DNA of 64,000 nucleotides from Candidatus Nezhaarchaeota archaeon. Lineage in GTDB: Archaea > Thermoproteota > Methanomethylicia > Nezhaarchaeales > WYZ-LMO8. The notes under the pieces are model-generated. The model did no database searches and was not told the DNA's origin. It was given only the letters and a program-made list of their open reading frames with translations. Below are positions 15,055 to 28,395 of the stretch, piece by piece. How positions within the stretch are numbered: the first letter of the stretch is position 1; each line of letters starts with the position of its first letter. The stretch spans positions 830,581 to 894,580 of the forward strand of contig JASFYF010000001.1 in NCBI GenBank assembly GCA_030055465.1. Reading direction: 5' to 3'. The position numbers and the translations under genes were made by a program.

Positions 15055-16359
15055 ATGTCGAGTGAAAAACCGCACCTAAACATGGTAGTCATAGGGCATG
15101 TTGATCACGGTAAGTCAACGCTGACAGGCCACCTCCTCTACCTGCTAGGGCAAGTCGACGAGAGGAAACTGAAGGAGATAGAGGAAGAAGCTAAGAAGAT
15201 GGGTAAGGAGAGCTTCAAGTTCGCGTGGATCCTCGACACCTACAAGGAGGAGAGGGAAAGAGGCCTCACGATAGACTTATCGTTTTACAAGTTTGAAACC
15301 AAAAAGTACTTCTTCACGCTCATAGACTGCCCGGGGCACAGGGACTTCGTGAAGAACATGGTCACGGGGGCCTCACAGGCCGACTGCGCTCTGCTGGTCC
15401 TTTCGGCAAAGAAAGGGGAGACCGAGGCCGGGCTGGGGCCTGCAGGCCAAACCAGGGAGCACGCGTTCCTCGCGAAAACCATGGGCATAAACCAGCTGAT
15501 CGTCGTCCTCAACAAGATGGACGACTCAACCGTTAACTGGAGCCAAGAGAGGTACAACGAAGTTAAAGACGCCATCGCGAAGCTCCTTAAGACCTTAGGA
15601 TACGACGTGAGCAAGATGCATTTCATACCGGTTTCAGCGTGGACAGGCGATAACCTTCTGGAGAGAAGCAAGAACATGCCGTGGTACAAGGGGCCAACCC
15701 TCATTGAGGCATTGGACGAGTTTGTGCCGCCTCCCAAAGCCGTTGACAAGCCGCTTAGGATACCGATACAGGACGTGTACACCATTTCAGGTGTGGGCAC
15801 GGTCCCCGTTGGGAGAGTTGAGACGGGGGTATTGAAGGTTGGCGACACGGTAGTCTTTATGCCTTCGAACAAGACAGGCGAAGTGAGATCCATAGAAACC
15901 CACCACGTGAGGATAGAGAAGGCCATGCCAGGAGACAACATAGGGTTCAACGTGAGGGGAATATCGAAAGGCGACGTTAAGAGAGGAGACGTCTGCGGGC
16001 ACCCCCAGAAGCCGCCAACGGTTGCGGAGACGTTCACCGGCAGGGTCTTCGTGCTATCGCATCCAACGGCGATAGCCAGCGGCTACACTCCCGTTGTGCA
16101 CGTGCACACCGCCAGCATAGCCTGCAAGTTCGAGGAGATACTGCAGAAGATAGATCCGAGGACCGGAGCAGTCGTTGAGGAGAAGCCTCAATTCATAAAG
16201 CAGGGCGACGCAGCGCTCGTGAAGCTCAGACCCATGAAGCCGCTGTGCGTCGAGAAATACTCTGAGATACCGCAGCTGGGCAGGTTCGCCATTAGGGACA
16301 TGGGCAAGACGGTGGCCGCCGGTATAATTATCGACTTGACGCCGGCCAAAGTTTCTTAA
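15055..16359 (+). CDS. tuf: translation elongation factor aEF-1 alpha
   Basis: [17 protein letters not shown] and NKMD motifs; 434 aa. Confidence 0.97.
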   Translation: MSSEKPHLNMVVIGHVDHGKSTLTGHLLYLLGQVDERKLKEIEEEAKKMGKESFKFAWILDTYKEERERGLTIDLSFYKFETKKYFFTLIDCPGHRDFVKNMVTGASQADCALLVLSAKKGETEAGLGPAGQTREHAFLAKTMGINQLIVVLNKMDDSTVNWSQERYNEVKDAIAKLLKTLGYDVSKMHFIPVSAWTGDNLLERSKNMPWYKGPTLIEALDEFVPPPKAVDKPLRIPIQDVYTISGVGTVPVGRVETGVLKVGDTVVFMPSNKTGEVRSIETHHVRIEKAMPGDNIGFNVRGISKGDVKRGDVCGHPQKPPTVAETFTGRVFVLSHPTAIASGYTPVVHVHTASIACKFEEILQKIDPRTGAVVEEKPQFIKQGDAALVKLRPMKPLCVEKYSEIPQLGRFAIRDMGKTVAAGIIIDLTPAKVS

Positions 16360-16390
16360 ATCCATATTTTATTTTTGGGAGAGGGCAGTC

Positions 16391-16699
16391 ATGGTTAGAA
16401 AGGCCAGGATCAGGCTTTCGAGTCCGAGGCTAGACGACCTGGAGAGGGTGTGCGAGGAAATCAAAGACATATCGCAGAAGACCGGGGTAAGGATCAGGGG
16501 GCCGATACCGCTTCCCACTAAGAAGCTTACCGTGGCTACTAGGAAGGCGCCTTCAGGCCAGGGCTCCCACACTTTTGATCATTGGGAGATGAGGATACAC
16601 AAGAGGCTTATAGACATGGATGCCGAGGATAGAGCATTGAAATCCCTGATGAGGGTTAGAATACCTGATAGCGTAAACATAGAGATAGAGCTCATATAA
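16391..16699 (+). CDS. rps10: 30S ribosomal protein S10 (uS10)
   Basis: 102 aa starting [20 protein letters not shown], in the conserved position after tuf. Confidence 0.95.
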   Translation: MVRKARIRLSSPRLDDLERVCEEIKDISQKTGVRIRGPIPLPTKKLTVATRKAPSGQGSHTFDHWEMRIHKRLIDMDAEDRALKSLMRVRIPDSVNIEIELI

Positions 16700-17092
16700 T
16701 CAACGACTCTGCTCTATAAGCGCCTTATAGCTTTCCGAGTCAACGAGTTCCCCCAGCTGCTCGGCGTCAAGGGGCTTAACTAGGGCTATCCATCCTTTAC
16801 CGTATGGTTCTAGGTTTATTAGCTCCGGCTTTTCCTGGAGCAACGAGTTTGCCTCAACGACTTCGCACGCTAAAGGCGAAACCACGTCCACCACCGCTTT
16901 TATCGACTCTAAAGAGGCTATTACGCCCCCCCTCTCCACGCTTCTGCCTTTTTCCGGCAGCTCCACGTAAAGCACCTCTCTCAGCTGCTTTTGAGCGTAG
17001 TCGGTTATGCCCAGCCTCGCCAGGTCCCCCTCAACCTTAATCCACACGTGGTCTTTCGAGTAGAGGAGCCCGGGGGGAACCTCGCTTCTCAA
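16700..17092 (-). CDS. gcvH: glycine cleavage system protein H (lipoyl carrier)
   Basis: Contains LLYSKDHVWIKVEG...SLESIKAVVDVVSP (lipoyl-Lys motif). TTG 17092 gives a typical length and avoids overlapping the upstream small ORF. The listed ATG start is at 17125. Confidence 0.85.
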   Translation of the reverse strand: MRSEVPPGLLYSKDHVWIKVEGDLARLGITDYAQKQLREVLYVELPEKGRSVERGGVIASLESIKAVVDVVSPLACEVVEANSLLQEKPELINLEPYGKGWIALVKPLDAEQLGELVDSESYKALIEQSR

Positions 17093-17099
17093 CTGGCCT

Positions 17100-17270
17100 T
17101 CACCTACCTTTGGAGGCTTGCACATCTATAGAGATGGGCGTCTGGTTTAGCGTTGATGCGCACTTCGGGCACTTCCCGTGAAATTTCTTGATTACTTCCC
17201 TGGGCGGAACGAGGTCGTTGCCCTTGTAGAGCACGTAGCCGCAGTTAACGCATTTTATTACCTGTGGCAT
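17100..17270 (-). CDS. small zinc-ribbon protein (56 aa), absent from the ORF track because it is under 60 aa
   Basis: ATG 17270 to TGA 17100 encodes MPQVIKCVNCGYVLYKGNDLVPPREVIKKFHGKCPKCASTLNQTPISIDVQASKGR, with two CxxC pairs. It ends 8 nt before the TTG start of gcvH. Confidence 0.5.
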   Translation of the reverse strand: MPQVIKCVNCGYVLYKGNDLVPPREVIKKFHGKCPKCASTLNQTPISIDVQASKGR

Positions 17271-17349
17271 AAAGTTGCACCACTATGCTGCCTTAACTTA
17301 CTAAGCCCCTCAGCTTACATAAGTCTTTCTTCTTGGATCTCGGCGCCCG

Positions 17350-18315
17350 CTAATCGCCTGCTGGATCCCTGATACCATCCTCCGTTAGCTCGAAGACGGC
17401 TTCGCCCTCTGGAAGATAAGGGGAGTCCACTAGCTTCGCTATTCTCCTGTTGCCCTTAAGCTTCTTTAGGAAGACGCGTGCGCCAGGGGCGTGGAAGAGG
17501 ACATGCCCGCCGGCGGCGGCTATAGGGTCGCCGAAAACCGTGTCGGGCCTAGCCACCACCTGGTTTGTCACCACAACCGCTATCTCATACATGTACGCTA
17601 TTCTGGAGAGAGAGTGCAGGTGCTTGTTCAGCTTTTGTTGTCTCATTACAAGCGTTTCCCTGCCTGGATACTCGGCCCTGAAAAAACCGGTTACGCTATC
17701 CACGACAAGCAGCCTTATGTTCTTCTCGTTTACCATGTCTTGGACTCCATCAACTATTAGCATTTGGTGATCTGAGTTGTATGCTCTAGCGACTATTATG
17801 TTCTTGAGGGTTCTTGAAGGGTCTAACCCAGCCGCACGACACATAGACACTATTCTTTCGGGCCTGAAAGTCCCTTCGCAATCAACGTAGGCCGCAACGC
17901 CGTCAAGGCCCCCCTTCTCGGCTGGGAGCTGTACGTTCACGCATAGTTGATGGCATATCTGGGTTTTACCGGACCCGTACTCTCCGTAAAACTCGGTTAT
18001 TATCTGTGTTTCAACGCCGCCGCCGAGGAGGCTATCCAAGTTTCTGCTCCCGGTGGTTATGCGCGCAACCTTCATGCGCTTCTCGTATATTTCGTCAGCG
18101 GTTTTAAATCCGAGATCTAGGGCTTCGCGGGCTGCGCTTATAATCCTCTGGCTTGCCGATAGGGAAAGGCCGGTTAGAGAGGCTACCTCTTGCGGGAGCG
18201 CGGCTGCAAGGGCCTCTATGGTTCCAAAGCCGGCTGACGCCAGCTTATCGGCCATTGCGGATCCTATCCCCGGAAGATCCGTCAAATCTCGGGGGCGCCC
18301 AGATTTTTGGTGCAT
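17350..18315 (-). CDS. radA: DNA repair and recombination protein RadA
   Basis: N-terminal HhH (LPGIGSAMADKLASAG), Walker A GEYGSGKTQ, 321 aa. Confidence 0.95.
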   Translation of the reverse strand: MHQKSGRPRDLTDLPGIGSAMADKLASAGFGTIEALAAALPQEVASLTGLSLSASQRIISAAREALDLGFKTADEIYEKRMKVARITTGSRNLDSLLGGGVETQIITEFYGEYGSGKTQICHQLCVNVQLPAEKGGLDGVAAYVDCEGTFRPERIVSMCRAAGLDPSRTLKNIIVARAYNSDHQMLIVDGVQDMVNEKNIRLLVVDSVTGFFRAEYPGRETLVMRQQKLNKHLHSLSRIAYMYEIAVVVTNQVVARPDTVFGDPIAAAGGHVLFHAPGARVFLKKLKGNRRIAKLVDSPYLPEGEAVFELTEDGIRDPAGD

Positions 18316-18398
18316 CTCATACCACGCTGTTCGCGCGGCCTTATCCTAACATACTCTAAACTTAAATAAAGGTGTTAAGCTGAATTTCTGGGCAGAAC

Positions 18399-18779
18399 AT
18401 GTCGAAGGCGCTCTCCTCGCTTAAAGGCGTTCTGGGCAAAATCGAGAAGGCGCTGGAGGACCCTCCTAGGAGGGCGCTCGGCGCGCTGCTAGTCTTGCTG
18501 GCTTGCTTCCTCTTGTCAGGAGGATTTTTCCCCCCGGTTATGGGGGTGAACGTACCGCTATTCTTATACCCAAGCACCGAGGGCCAAACGGGAGCCGAAG
18601 CCTTCGTGGTCTTCATACTGGTGGTTGCTGGGGTATCAGGTCTCCTCATCGTAGAGGAAAACCTTGCTCGACATCAAAGCAGAACCAGGGGTTTGATCCT
18701 AACGTTGCTGGGGGTTGCGTTAATAATTTTGGGGGTTGCCCTCACCAGCTGGCTTATGTATCTCAAGCTGCTGTCGTAA
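18399..18779 (+). CDS. hypothetical membrane protein (about 3 TM segments)
   Basis: Hydrophobic segments only; no recognisable motif. Confidence 0.4.
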   Translation: MSKALSSLKGVLGKIEKALEDPPRRALGALLVLLACFLLSGGFFPPVMGVNVPLFLYPSTEGQTGAEAFVVFILVVAGVSGLLIVEENLARHQSRTRGLILTLLGVALIILGVALTSWLMYLKLLS

Positions 18780-18798
18780 TAGCTGGCGAACAGCGCGC

Positions 18799-19302
18799 TC
18801 ATAGGGGCTTGGACTTCATCTTGAAGAGGTAGGCAACGTAGTTGCTGGTAACGTGAAGTATGGGGGTTGCTATCAATATTACCAGCAGCTGCTCTCGGGA
18901 GGGGATGTAACCTGCAGCTCTGCTCAGCAGGAGCGCCACAACCATGAATAGATATTGATCGAGAACCGGCGCTGATGCCCCCTCCTCAATGTTAAGCCTT
19001 CGCTTCACGAAGGAGCCTAAGACGTCGCCGATCATAGCTCCAAGGCCCATCAAGAAGCCCCTTGCAGCGTCATCCAGCACCGTTCCAACAAGGAGGCCTG
19101 CGAGCACCCCCGAGGCGAAGCCCTCTATCGATTTGTTGTCGCCTAAAATTCTCCGACCATCAACCCAGCACCTTCCCAAGTCCATGGGCTTCCTGTTGAC
19201 TACAAACCTAGCTAAGATTAGGGGGGCCGCATTAGCAATGTATGCAGGCAACGCGAAGAGTATGGCGCTTGCAACCAGTTCTATGCCTTGAGCTATATCC
19301 AT
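18799..19302 (-). CDS. carS: CDP-archaeol synthase (DUF46 family)
   Basis: Contains PAYIANAAP...DGRRILGDNKSIEGF...GAMIGDVLGSFVKRRLNIEEGASAPVLDQ, which matches the CarS signature as I remember it. Confidence 0.75.
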   Translation of the reverse strand: MDIAQGIELVASAILFALPAYIANAAPLILARFVVNRKPMDLGRCWVDGRRILGDNKSIEGFASGVLAGLLVGTVLDDAARGFLMGLGAMIGDVLGSFVKRRLNIEEGASAPVLDQYLFMVVALLLSRAAGYIPSREQLLVILIATPILHVTSNYVAYLFKMKSKPL

Positions 19303-20031
19303 CTAGCGATCAGCCTCCTCTACCCGGCCGCCCGCCACGTACGCTTTGACCTCGATGTTGACCTCGCATCCATGGAGCTTCGAGATCCACAGCTTCCTTT
19401 GAAGCGGCAGGTCCGATTTCGATATTGAAAGCACGTTATCAGACCAGTAGGTCATAACAGTAGAGGCGATGGGCTCCTCAGATAAGTCTTCATCGGTAGG
19501 ACTTGGAGTCTTTAAGCGGCTCGTTAATATCGCGTGGGCCTCAACAGGCATGACGTACCCCTTCAGTATGGCCAGCAGCTGGTTAAGCTTCTTGTTTTGG
19601 ATTATGATCTCCTGCCTATTGCTAACCTTAAAGCTGCGATAGGGACCCGTAAACGTGTCGAGTACAACCAATGGGTACTCAGCGTAGGCCCCGTTCTCCA
19701 ACCTATAAATGAAGGATTCAAGCTCCTCGAAGGAGGACGCGTGTAGAACGCGCAGTAAGGAGTAGCATCTGGAGGGAATGCGTACGCTCCTCCTCATCCT
19801 CTCTAAGCGAGGCAGGGGGAAAAGGCCATCGGTGTACACGTACAGGACCTTGTAACCCTGAAGGCACACACGCAACGCCAGTTCCAACGACAGGGAGGTC
19901 TTGCCGGCCCCGGGTTCACCGTATATTAATGTGATTTCCTTTGCCTGCAGCAGGCCTGAAAGCGCTTTACCACTTTCTGCCGGCCCGGTTCCGGTTTTCG
20001 GATCCATTATGCCCACGCTGATGCTTCCCAT
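19303..20031 (-). CDS. RadA paralog, RecA-superfamily ATPase (RadB/aRadC-like)
   Basis: Walker A GEPGAGKTS and Walker B-like LVVLD; 242 aa with no N-terminal HhH. Its stop codon abuts the carS start codon. Confidence 0.7.
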   Translation of the reverse strand: MGSISVGIMDPKTGTGPAESGKALSGLLQAKEITLIYGEPGAGKTSLSLELALRVCLQGYKVLYVYTDGLFPLPRLERMRRSVRIPSRCYSLLRVLHASSFEELESFIYRLENGAYAEYPLVVLDTFTGPYRSFKVSNRQEIIIQNKKLNQLLAILKGYVMPVEAHAILTSRLKTPSPTDEDLSEEPIASTVMTYWSDNVLSISKSDLPLQRKLWISKLHGCEVNIEVKAYVAGGRVEEADR

Positions 20032-20237
20032 CCTTAAATAGTTTATGCGCTCAGATAATAAAGCTTACAGCTTAAGCCATGTGGCATCCTTTCCCGCATC
20101 GAGCTGGGGCACCTGGGCCCGAAGAGGGGCAAGGGATTAGGGAATCCACTCGTGGGATTCATGGACTTCAAGTTGAAGGATGGGGCAGATTTATAGATTT
20201 AGAAGCTAATAGTAGAAGCTAAGCGAGGGCAAAATGC

Positions 20238-21527
20238 ATGGGAAGGATTAAAGAAAGCAAGGGTACCGTCATCAAGGTTGAGGGGCCGGCAAGCATACAG
20301 GTCTTGGAGGGCGCCGTCTCCATTTTGGGATCTATAGTTAAACCCAAGGATAAACTGATAATACCAAGACATAAATTCGCAGCCTTAGAGTTTGTTGAGG
20401 ACTCGGTTGTTGAGCTTCGAATGGGGGGTGAAGCCAAAATGGACAGGGTTAACGAAACCTTAATACCATCTGAGTGGAGGGCGACCGTCGAAAACATGCT
20501 GGCTCGCCGCCGAAAACCCATCAGCTGCATGATCCTCGGGGATGTCGATAGCGGCAAAACGGCTTTTTGCACCTACCTAGCAAACCACGCAGCCAACCTA
20601 GGCTTAAAGGTTGGGGTTATAGATAAGGACCCCGGCCAAACCGAAATATCCGTTCCGACCACCATAGGTCTGGGAATCATCGAGAAGCCCGTTTACTCGC
20701 TCGAGCAGGTCAAGGCTGTAACGGCTAGGTTTGTGGGATCCACCTCGCCCGCCAACGTCGGACATAGGATAATAGCCGCTACAAAGCAGCTCTACGACGA
20801 GGCAGGTAAAATGGGCTGCGATGTGGTTGTCGTAAATACAAGCGGTTGGGTTGATGGTCGAGGAGCTCGTGAACTCAAGTACAACGTGATAAGCGCAATT
20901 CACCCTCAATTTCTAGTTCTAATACAAAGGGCCAACGAGGTCGAGCACCTCGTCAAACCCTTTGAAAAAAGCGATGTAGAGATAATCAGGGTTCAGCCCA
21001 TAATTGGAAAGGTTAAAAGCAAAGACGAGAGGAGGACTCGCAGGGAGGCAGTATACCGTAACTACTTCTCCAAGGCCAAGACTAGGAAGGTAAGCCTGAG
21101 CAGCGCGAGGCTTATGTTCACTATGTTCACGACCGGTGCGAGGCTCAGCGATGAGGCTCTAGAAAGGTATTCGAAAGACCTGTCGATAGAGCTGGTTTAC
21201 GGTGAGGAAAGCAAGGACTCCTTATTCCTGGTGAGCAGAGGGGCGGTCTTGGAGAGAGGGAAAATAGAGGAAAAAGCAAAGGTGACGTACGGCAAGGAAG
21301 ACGTTGTGATCACATGGCTTGGCGAGGAGAGAGGCCTCATGGCTGGCCTCCTGTCTCCGGACCTAACCTACCTGGGACTTGGAATAATACGTGAAGTTGA
21401 TTACGCCAAAAAATTGTTGGAGATATTCACCCCCGTTGAAGACATGATAGGGGTAATTCAAGTTGGACTCATAAAGTTAGACGACGATTTTAGGGAGTCC
21501 CAAAAGTATGATAGGAGTCCTTTATAG
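20238..21527 (+). CDS. Clp1/Grc3-type polynucleotide 5'-hydroxyl kinase
   Basis: P-loop ILGDVDSGKTAFCTYLAN followed by DKDPGQ and NTSGW motifs; 429 aa. Confidence 0.7.
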   Translation: MGRIKESKGTVIKVEGPASIQVLEGAVSILGSIVKPKDKLIIPRHKFAALEFVEDSVVELRMGGEAKMDRVNETLIPSEWRATVENMLARRRKPISCMILGDVDSGKTAFCTYLANHAANLGLKVGVIDKDPGQTEISVPTTIGLGIIEKPVYSLEQVKAVTARFVGSTSPANVGHRIIAATKQLYDEAGKMGCDVVVVNTSGWVDGRGARELKYNVISAIHPQFLVLIQRANEVEHLVKPFEKSDVEIIRVQPIIGKVKSKDERRTRREAVYRNYFSKAKTRKVSLSSARLMFTMFTTGARLSDEALERYSKDLSIELVYGEESKDSLFLVSRGAVLERGKIEEKAKVTYGKEDVVITWLGEERGLMAGLLSPDLTYLGLGIIREVDYAKKLLEIFTPVEDMIGVIQVGLIKLDDDFRESQKYDRSPL

Positions 21528-21571
21528 GGCGGCCTCTAAATTGTAGAGCCTAAACGCGTGGGGCTTCAAGG

Positions 21572-22485
21572 ATGAGCGATAGGCTCGCAATAACGGTTAT
21601 AGGATACGACAGGCCGGGAATAGTGGCCGGAATAGCGGATGTCATCGCAAAGTTTAACGGCAACATCATTTCGATCAAGGCGTCAGCCCTCTCAGAGCTG
21701 TTCGTCATGAACATTGTGGTCGACATGTGCTCCGCCACAACATCAAAGGACGAGTTCGTGCGGGAATTAAAGAAGAGAGCCCTTAAAATAGGCGTAGGAG
21801 TGGCAGCCGAAGACGAAAGGGAATTCCTGAAAACCAAGAAGCTTATAGCCTTCGACATGGATGGCACAATAGTGGACGCCGAGGCCATAGACGAAATAGC
21901 CAAGTACGCCGGAGTGCAAGATAAGGTCGCCGAATTGACGCGGAAGGCTATGAACGGAGAAATAGAGTTCGAGTACGCATTGAAAAGGCGCGTGGAGATG
22001 CTTAGGGGCCTGCCCGTCAAAGTAGTCGAGGATGTAGCTGAAAAGCTTCCGATAGTCAAGGGGGCCGAAGAGATGATTAAGACATTAAAGAACATGAAGT
22101 TCACCACCGTACTCATAACAGGCGGCTTCGACTTGGTGGCGAAGAGAGTGGCTGAAAAGCTGGGCTTTGACTATTGGTTCGCAAATAAGCTGGGAGTCGA
22201 GGACGGCAGGCTGAACGGCCAAGTCGAGGTGTTGATATCGAGCGGGGAGTCGAAGCTGAAGATACTGAAAAGCTTAGCCGAAGCCCACAACATAAGCTTA
22301 AACGAGTGCATAGCGGTTGGCGACGGAGCCAACGACCTCCTGGTGCTGGAAAACGTTGGTCTCGGAATAGGCTTCAGGCCTAAACCCATAGTGGAGCAAA
22401 GGGCAAAGGCCGTGGTGAACATAAACGACATGAAGGCAGTTCTGGCCTTCATAGCCAGCGGCTTCGGGAAGGAAGGAGGGGACTC

Positions 22486-22489
<4 letters not shown>
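21572..22489 (+). CDS. serB: phosphoserine phosphatase with an N-terminal ACT domain
   Basis: ACT-like N-terminus, then HAD motifs FDMDGTIV and GDGANDL. Confidence 0.85.
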
Positions 22490-26246
<3,757 letters not shown>

Positions 26247-26283
26247 TCAGCCTCCTGTGAAAAACGAAAAAAGTGGGGGGCCT

Positions 26284-26832
26284 TTACTCAACCTTTATCT
26301 CATAGCCTTTCCTTTCCGGCTTCTCCTTTAACTTCAGCGTCACTTCGAGAACTCCGTTTCTGTAGTTCGCCTTAGCTGACGTTGGATCAACCTTTGCCGG
26401 CAGCTTAACCTCAGCGTTGTACTTTCTGTCCTCTTGTTCTGCCTGTATGGTGACGGAGTCCTCTGTGGCGTTTATCTTAATGGCGTTCTTGTCTACTCCT
26501 GGGAGTTCAGCAACCAGTTTAAGTTCTCCGGCCTTGGAGTCCAAGTGAGTTTCGACGTAGGGCTTTCTGACTTCGCTTTTCTCGATACCCCATCGTGACG
26601 GCTTCACGTTGCCGAACTCTTGAACTACTGGTCTGCCGTCGGGACCTATGGTTATGCTGAAGCCGTAGAAGTAGGGCCCTTCAATCATCGTTTCCCTGCC
26701 CTTCGCTCCTCCGGGAACCTTGGATAGGGTTTCAAACATTCTCTCGACCATCTCATCCACTTCCTCGAAGGCCCTCTCAACCTCATCAAATAACCTTGAA
26801 ATCCTTCTAGGCCTCCACCACATCTCTCTCAC
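26284..26832 (-). CDS. hsp20: small heat-shock protein, Hsp20/alpha-crystallin family
   Basis: C-terminal alpha-crystallin domain (LVAELPGVDKNAIKINATEDSVTIQAE...ANYRNGVLEVTL). The start is GTG 26832 or ATG 26823. Confidence 0.85.
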   Translation of the reverse strand: MREMWWRPRRISRLFDEVERAFEEVDEMVERMFETLSKVPGGAKGRETMIEGPYFYGFSITIGPDGRPVVQEFGNVKPSRWGIEKSEVRKPYVETHLDSKAGELKLVAELPGVDKNAIKINATEDSVTIQAEQEDRKYNAEVKLPAKVDPTSAKANYRNGVLEVTLKLKEKPERKGYEIKVE

Positions 26833-26838
26833 CTCTAG

Positions 26839-26859
26839 TTACTAACCTAAGGTTAGAAA
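26839..26859. promoter_or_regulatory. palindromic operator candidate, TTACTAACCT-A-AGGTTAGAAA
   Basis: 9 of 10 positions are complementary around centre 26849. It lies between the shared TATA element and the hsp20 start. Confidence 0.45.
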
Positions 26860-26868
26860 TATTTAAAT
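26857..26868. promoter_or_regulatory. TATA-box candidate AAATATTTAAAT in the hsp20 / phr-like divergent intergenic region
   Basis: AT-rich palindromic element about 30-40 nt from either start codon. Confidence 0.4.
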
Positions 26869-26907
26869 CTTTCTTCCACTAACACGTAAACGTGGAGGAG
26901 GGAAGCA

Positions 26908-27453
26908 ATGTATAGGGATGTAGGCATCTTAGAGGTGCTAGGCAATGAGACGCGCAGGAGAATATTAGAGCTCTTAGCTAAAGGGCCAAGATACCTGCTG
27001 CAACTATCAAGGGAGCTTAACGTAAGCCAGCAGGCAATACTCAAACACATCAACGTGCTGATGCAGGCTGGGCTGATAAGGTCCTATGAATCGAAGGTGG
27101 GCTCTTTAGGCCCGTCGAGGAAGTACTACGAGCTCGTTAAGCCAATTTCGATGACGGTCACAGTGTTCAGGGGGTTCAGCGAAATAGAGTTCTACGAGAT
27201 CGACGGTGAAGTTCCTAAAAGCGTTGAGGAAGCCCTAAAGGACGTTGAGGAAGCCATTAGAGGGGAAGACATCAGGGATGAACTGTTATCAAAGGCCAAG
27301 ATGTTGGTTCAAGAAATAGACGATGAGCTGCGAAGGATAAGGAAGAGGGAGAAAGCCCTCTTAAACGCCAAGTATAGAATATTGAGGTTGATTTACGAAA
27401 GCCTAAGAAGGCTTGAGGCCGATTCTTTAGGAGGCTTAGAGGAACGCGAGTGA
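26908..27453 (+). CDS. winged-helix (ArsR-type) regulator with a C-terminal coiled coil, Phr-like heat-shock regulator
   Basis: LEVLGNETRRRILELLAKGPRYLLQLSRELNVSQQAILKHINVLMQAGLI resembles Pyrococcus Phr as I recall it. Divergent from hsp20-cdc48. Confidence 0.65.
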   Translation: MYRDVGILEVLGNETRRRILELLAKGPRYLLQLSRELNVSQQAILKHINVLMQAGLIRSYESKVGSLGPSRKYYELVKPISMTVTVFRGFSEIEFYEIDGEVPKSVEEALKDVEEAIRGEDIRDELLSKAKMLVQEIDDELRRIRKREKALLNAKYRILRLIYESLRRLEADSLGGLEERE

Positions 27454-27468
27454 CGGCCTACAAAACCC

Positions 27469-27936
27469 TCACAACATCCTTGATATGAGCTCATTTATTG
27501 CGGCGCCCCGGTATCCCAGCTCTCCTCCCTGCCCATACATCTTCCTCATAGAACCCTTAAATCCCTTTGAAGGCGGATGAAGCCTGAAGACGGGCTTCAG
27601 GCCCTTTATTTCGTTGAGCTTTATCCTGCCTTCAAGTAGGGCGCTTGCCAGCTCTTTGAAGCTTCCAAAGCCCAACTTCTCCAGGTAGCTGGACGATAGC
27701 TTCCTGCCGCCAACCGTTCTCCCTCTCTTCTCGAGGAGACCGGCTAGAACCGCCTCGTTTATCTCGCCATAAGTTACGTAGCCCGCCGCCTTTTCAAGCA
27801 TGCCCCCAATGGATGGCGTTGCCTCAACTATTGTGCAGCTGTTCTTCCGCGTGAGGCGCAGAGACGATAAAGTTAACTCCACATCTCCGGGCACGCCAAC
27901 GCTTCCCCTTAACCTGATAACGGCGTAGACCTTCAT
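27469..27936 (-). CDS. rpl30: 50S ribosomal protein L30 (uL30)
   Basis: Starts MKVYAVIRLRGSVGVPGDVELTLSSLRL. ATGA overlap with the rps5 stop. Confidence 0.92.
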   Translation of the reverse strand: MKVYAVIRLRGSVGVPGDVELTLSSLRLTRKNSCTIVEATPSIGGMLEKAAGYVTYGEINEAVLAGLLEKRGRTVGGRKLSSSYLEKLGFGSFKELASALLEGRIKLNEIKGLKPVFRLHPPSKGFKGSMRKMYGQGGELGYRGAAINELISRML

Positions 27937-28367
27937 GTTCTCATCCAATCCTTCACGCTTTTGAAGGCAAGAGTGTTCCTTAAAGCCTCCAGAGTAGCCC
28001 TAGCCATGTTTTCCTTGGTTCTCGTCTCGCCCTTGCTCGACGTCCAAACATCCTTTACGCCGGCCAGCCTGAGAACAATCTTGGCAGTGTCGCCAGCTAC
28101 AAGCCCCGTACCCCTCGGAGCGGGCATCAAAACAACCTCCACGCTTCCCGCTTTCCCCCAAGCCCTAAAGGAAACGCTGTGAGGCTTCCCGCACCTGCAC
28201 TCCCAGCTGCCGCAGCCCAGCTTAACCGGTATAACGTTTAGCTTGGCCTCAGTTATCGCCTTATCAATGGCCTCCCTCATCTGCTTGGCCTTGGCCGTGC
28301 CAAACCCCACGTATCCTGATTCGTTGCCTATGGCAACGACTACCTTAAACCTTGAGGATTCGCCAGC
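27933..28367 (-). CDS. rps5: 30S ribosomal protein S5 (uS5), exon 2 (AGESSRFKVVVAIGNESGYVGFG... to stop)
   Basis: The conserved uS5 core extends 19 codons upstream of the first start codon of listed ORF 27933..28310. Length 435 nt, in frame to the stop. Confidence 0.85.
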   Translation of the reverse strand, partial: AGESSRFKVVVAIGNESGYVGFGTAKAKQMREAIDKAITEAKLNVIPVKLGCGSWECRCGKPHSVSFRAWGKAGSVEVVLMPAPRGTGLVAGDTAKIVLRLAGVKDVWTSSKGETRTKENMARATLEALRNTLAFKSVKDWMRT

Positions 28368-28395
28368 TTACGGCCGCCTAATCGAGTTAGGCGGT
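28368..28395 (-). other. predicted 28-nt bulge-helix-bulge (hBHBh') intron in rps5 pre-mRNA
   Basis: Sense strand reads CAG-ACGG-ACA-CCGCCTAA-CTCGA-TTAGGCGG-CCGT-AAG-CTG. Excision joins QKQTD|AGESSRF; see finding. Confidence 0.75.

Noticed and set aside
28368-28395. Explaining the rps5 break as a simple frameshift, programmed slip or 1-nt sequencing error.
   Set aside because: The upstream frame stops at TAA 28387..28389, and the downstream frame has its own TAA at 28368..28370. No single frame change can read through, so only removing the whole segment works.
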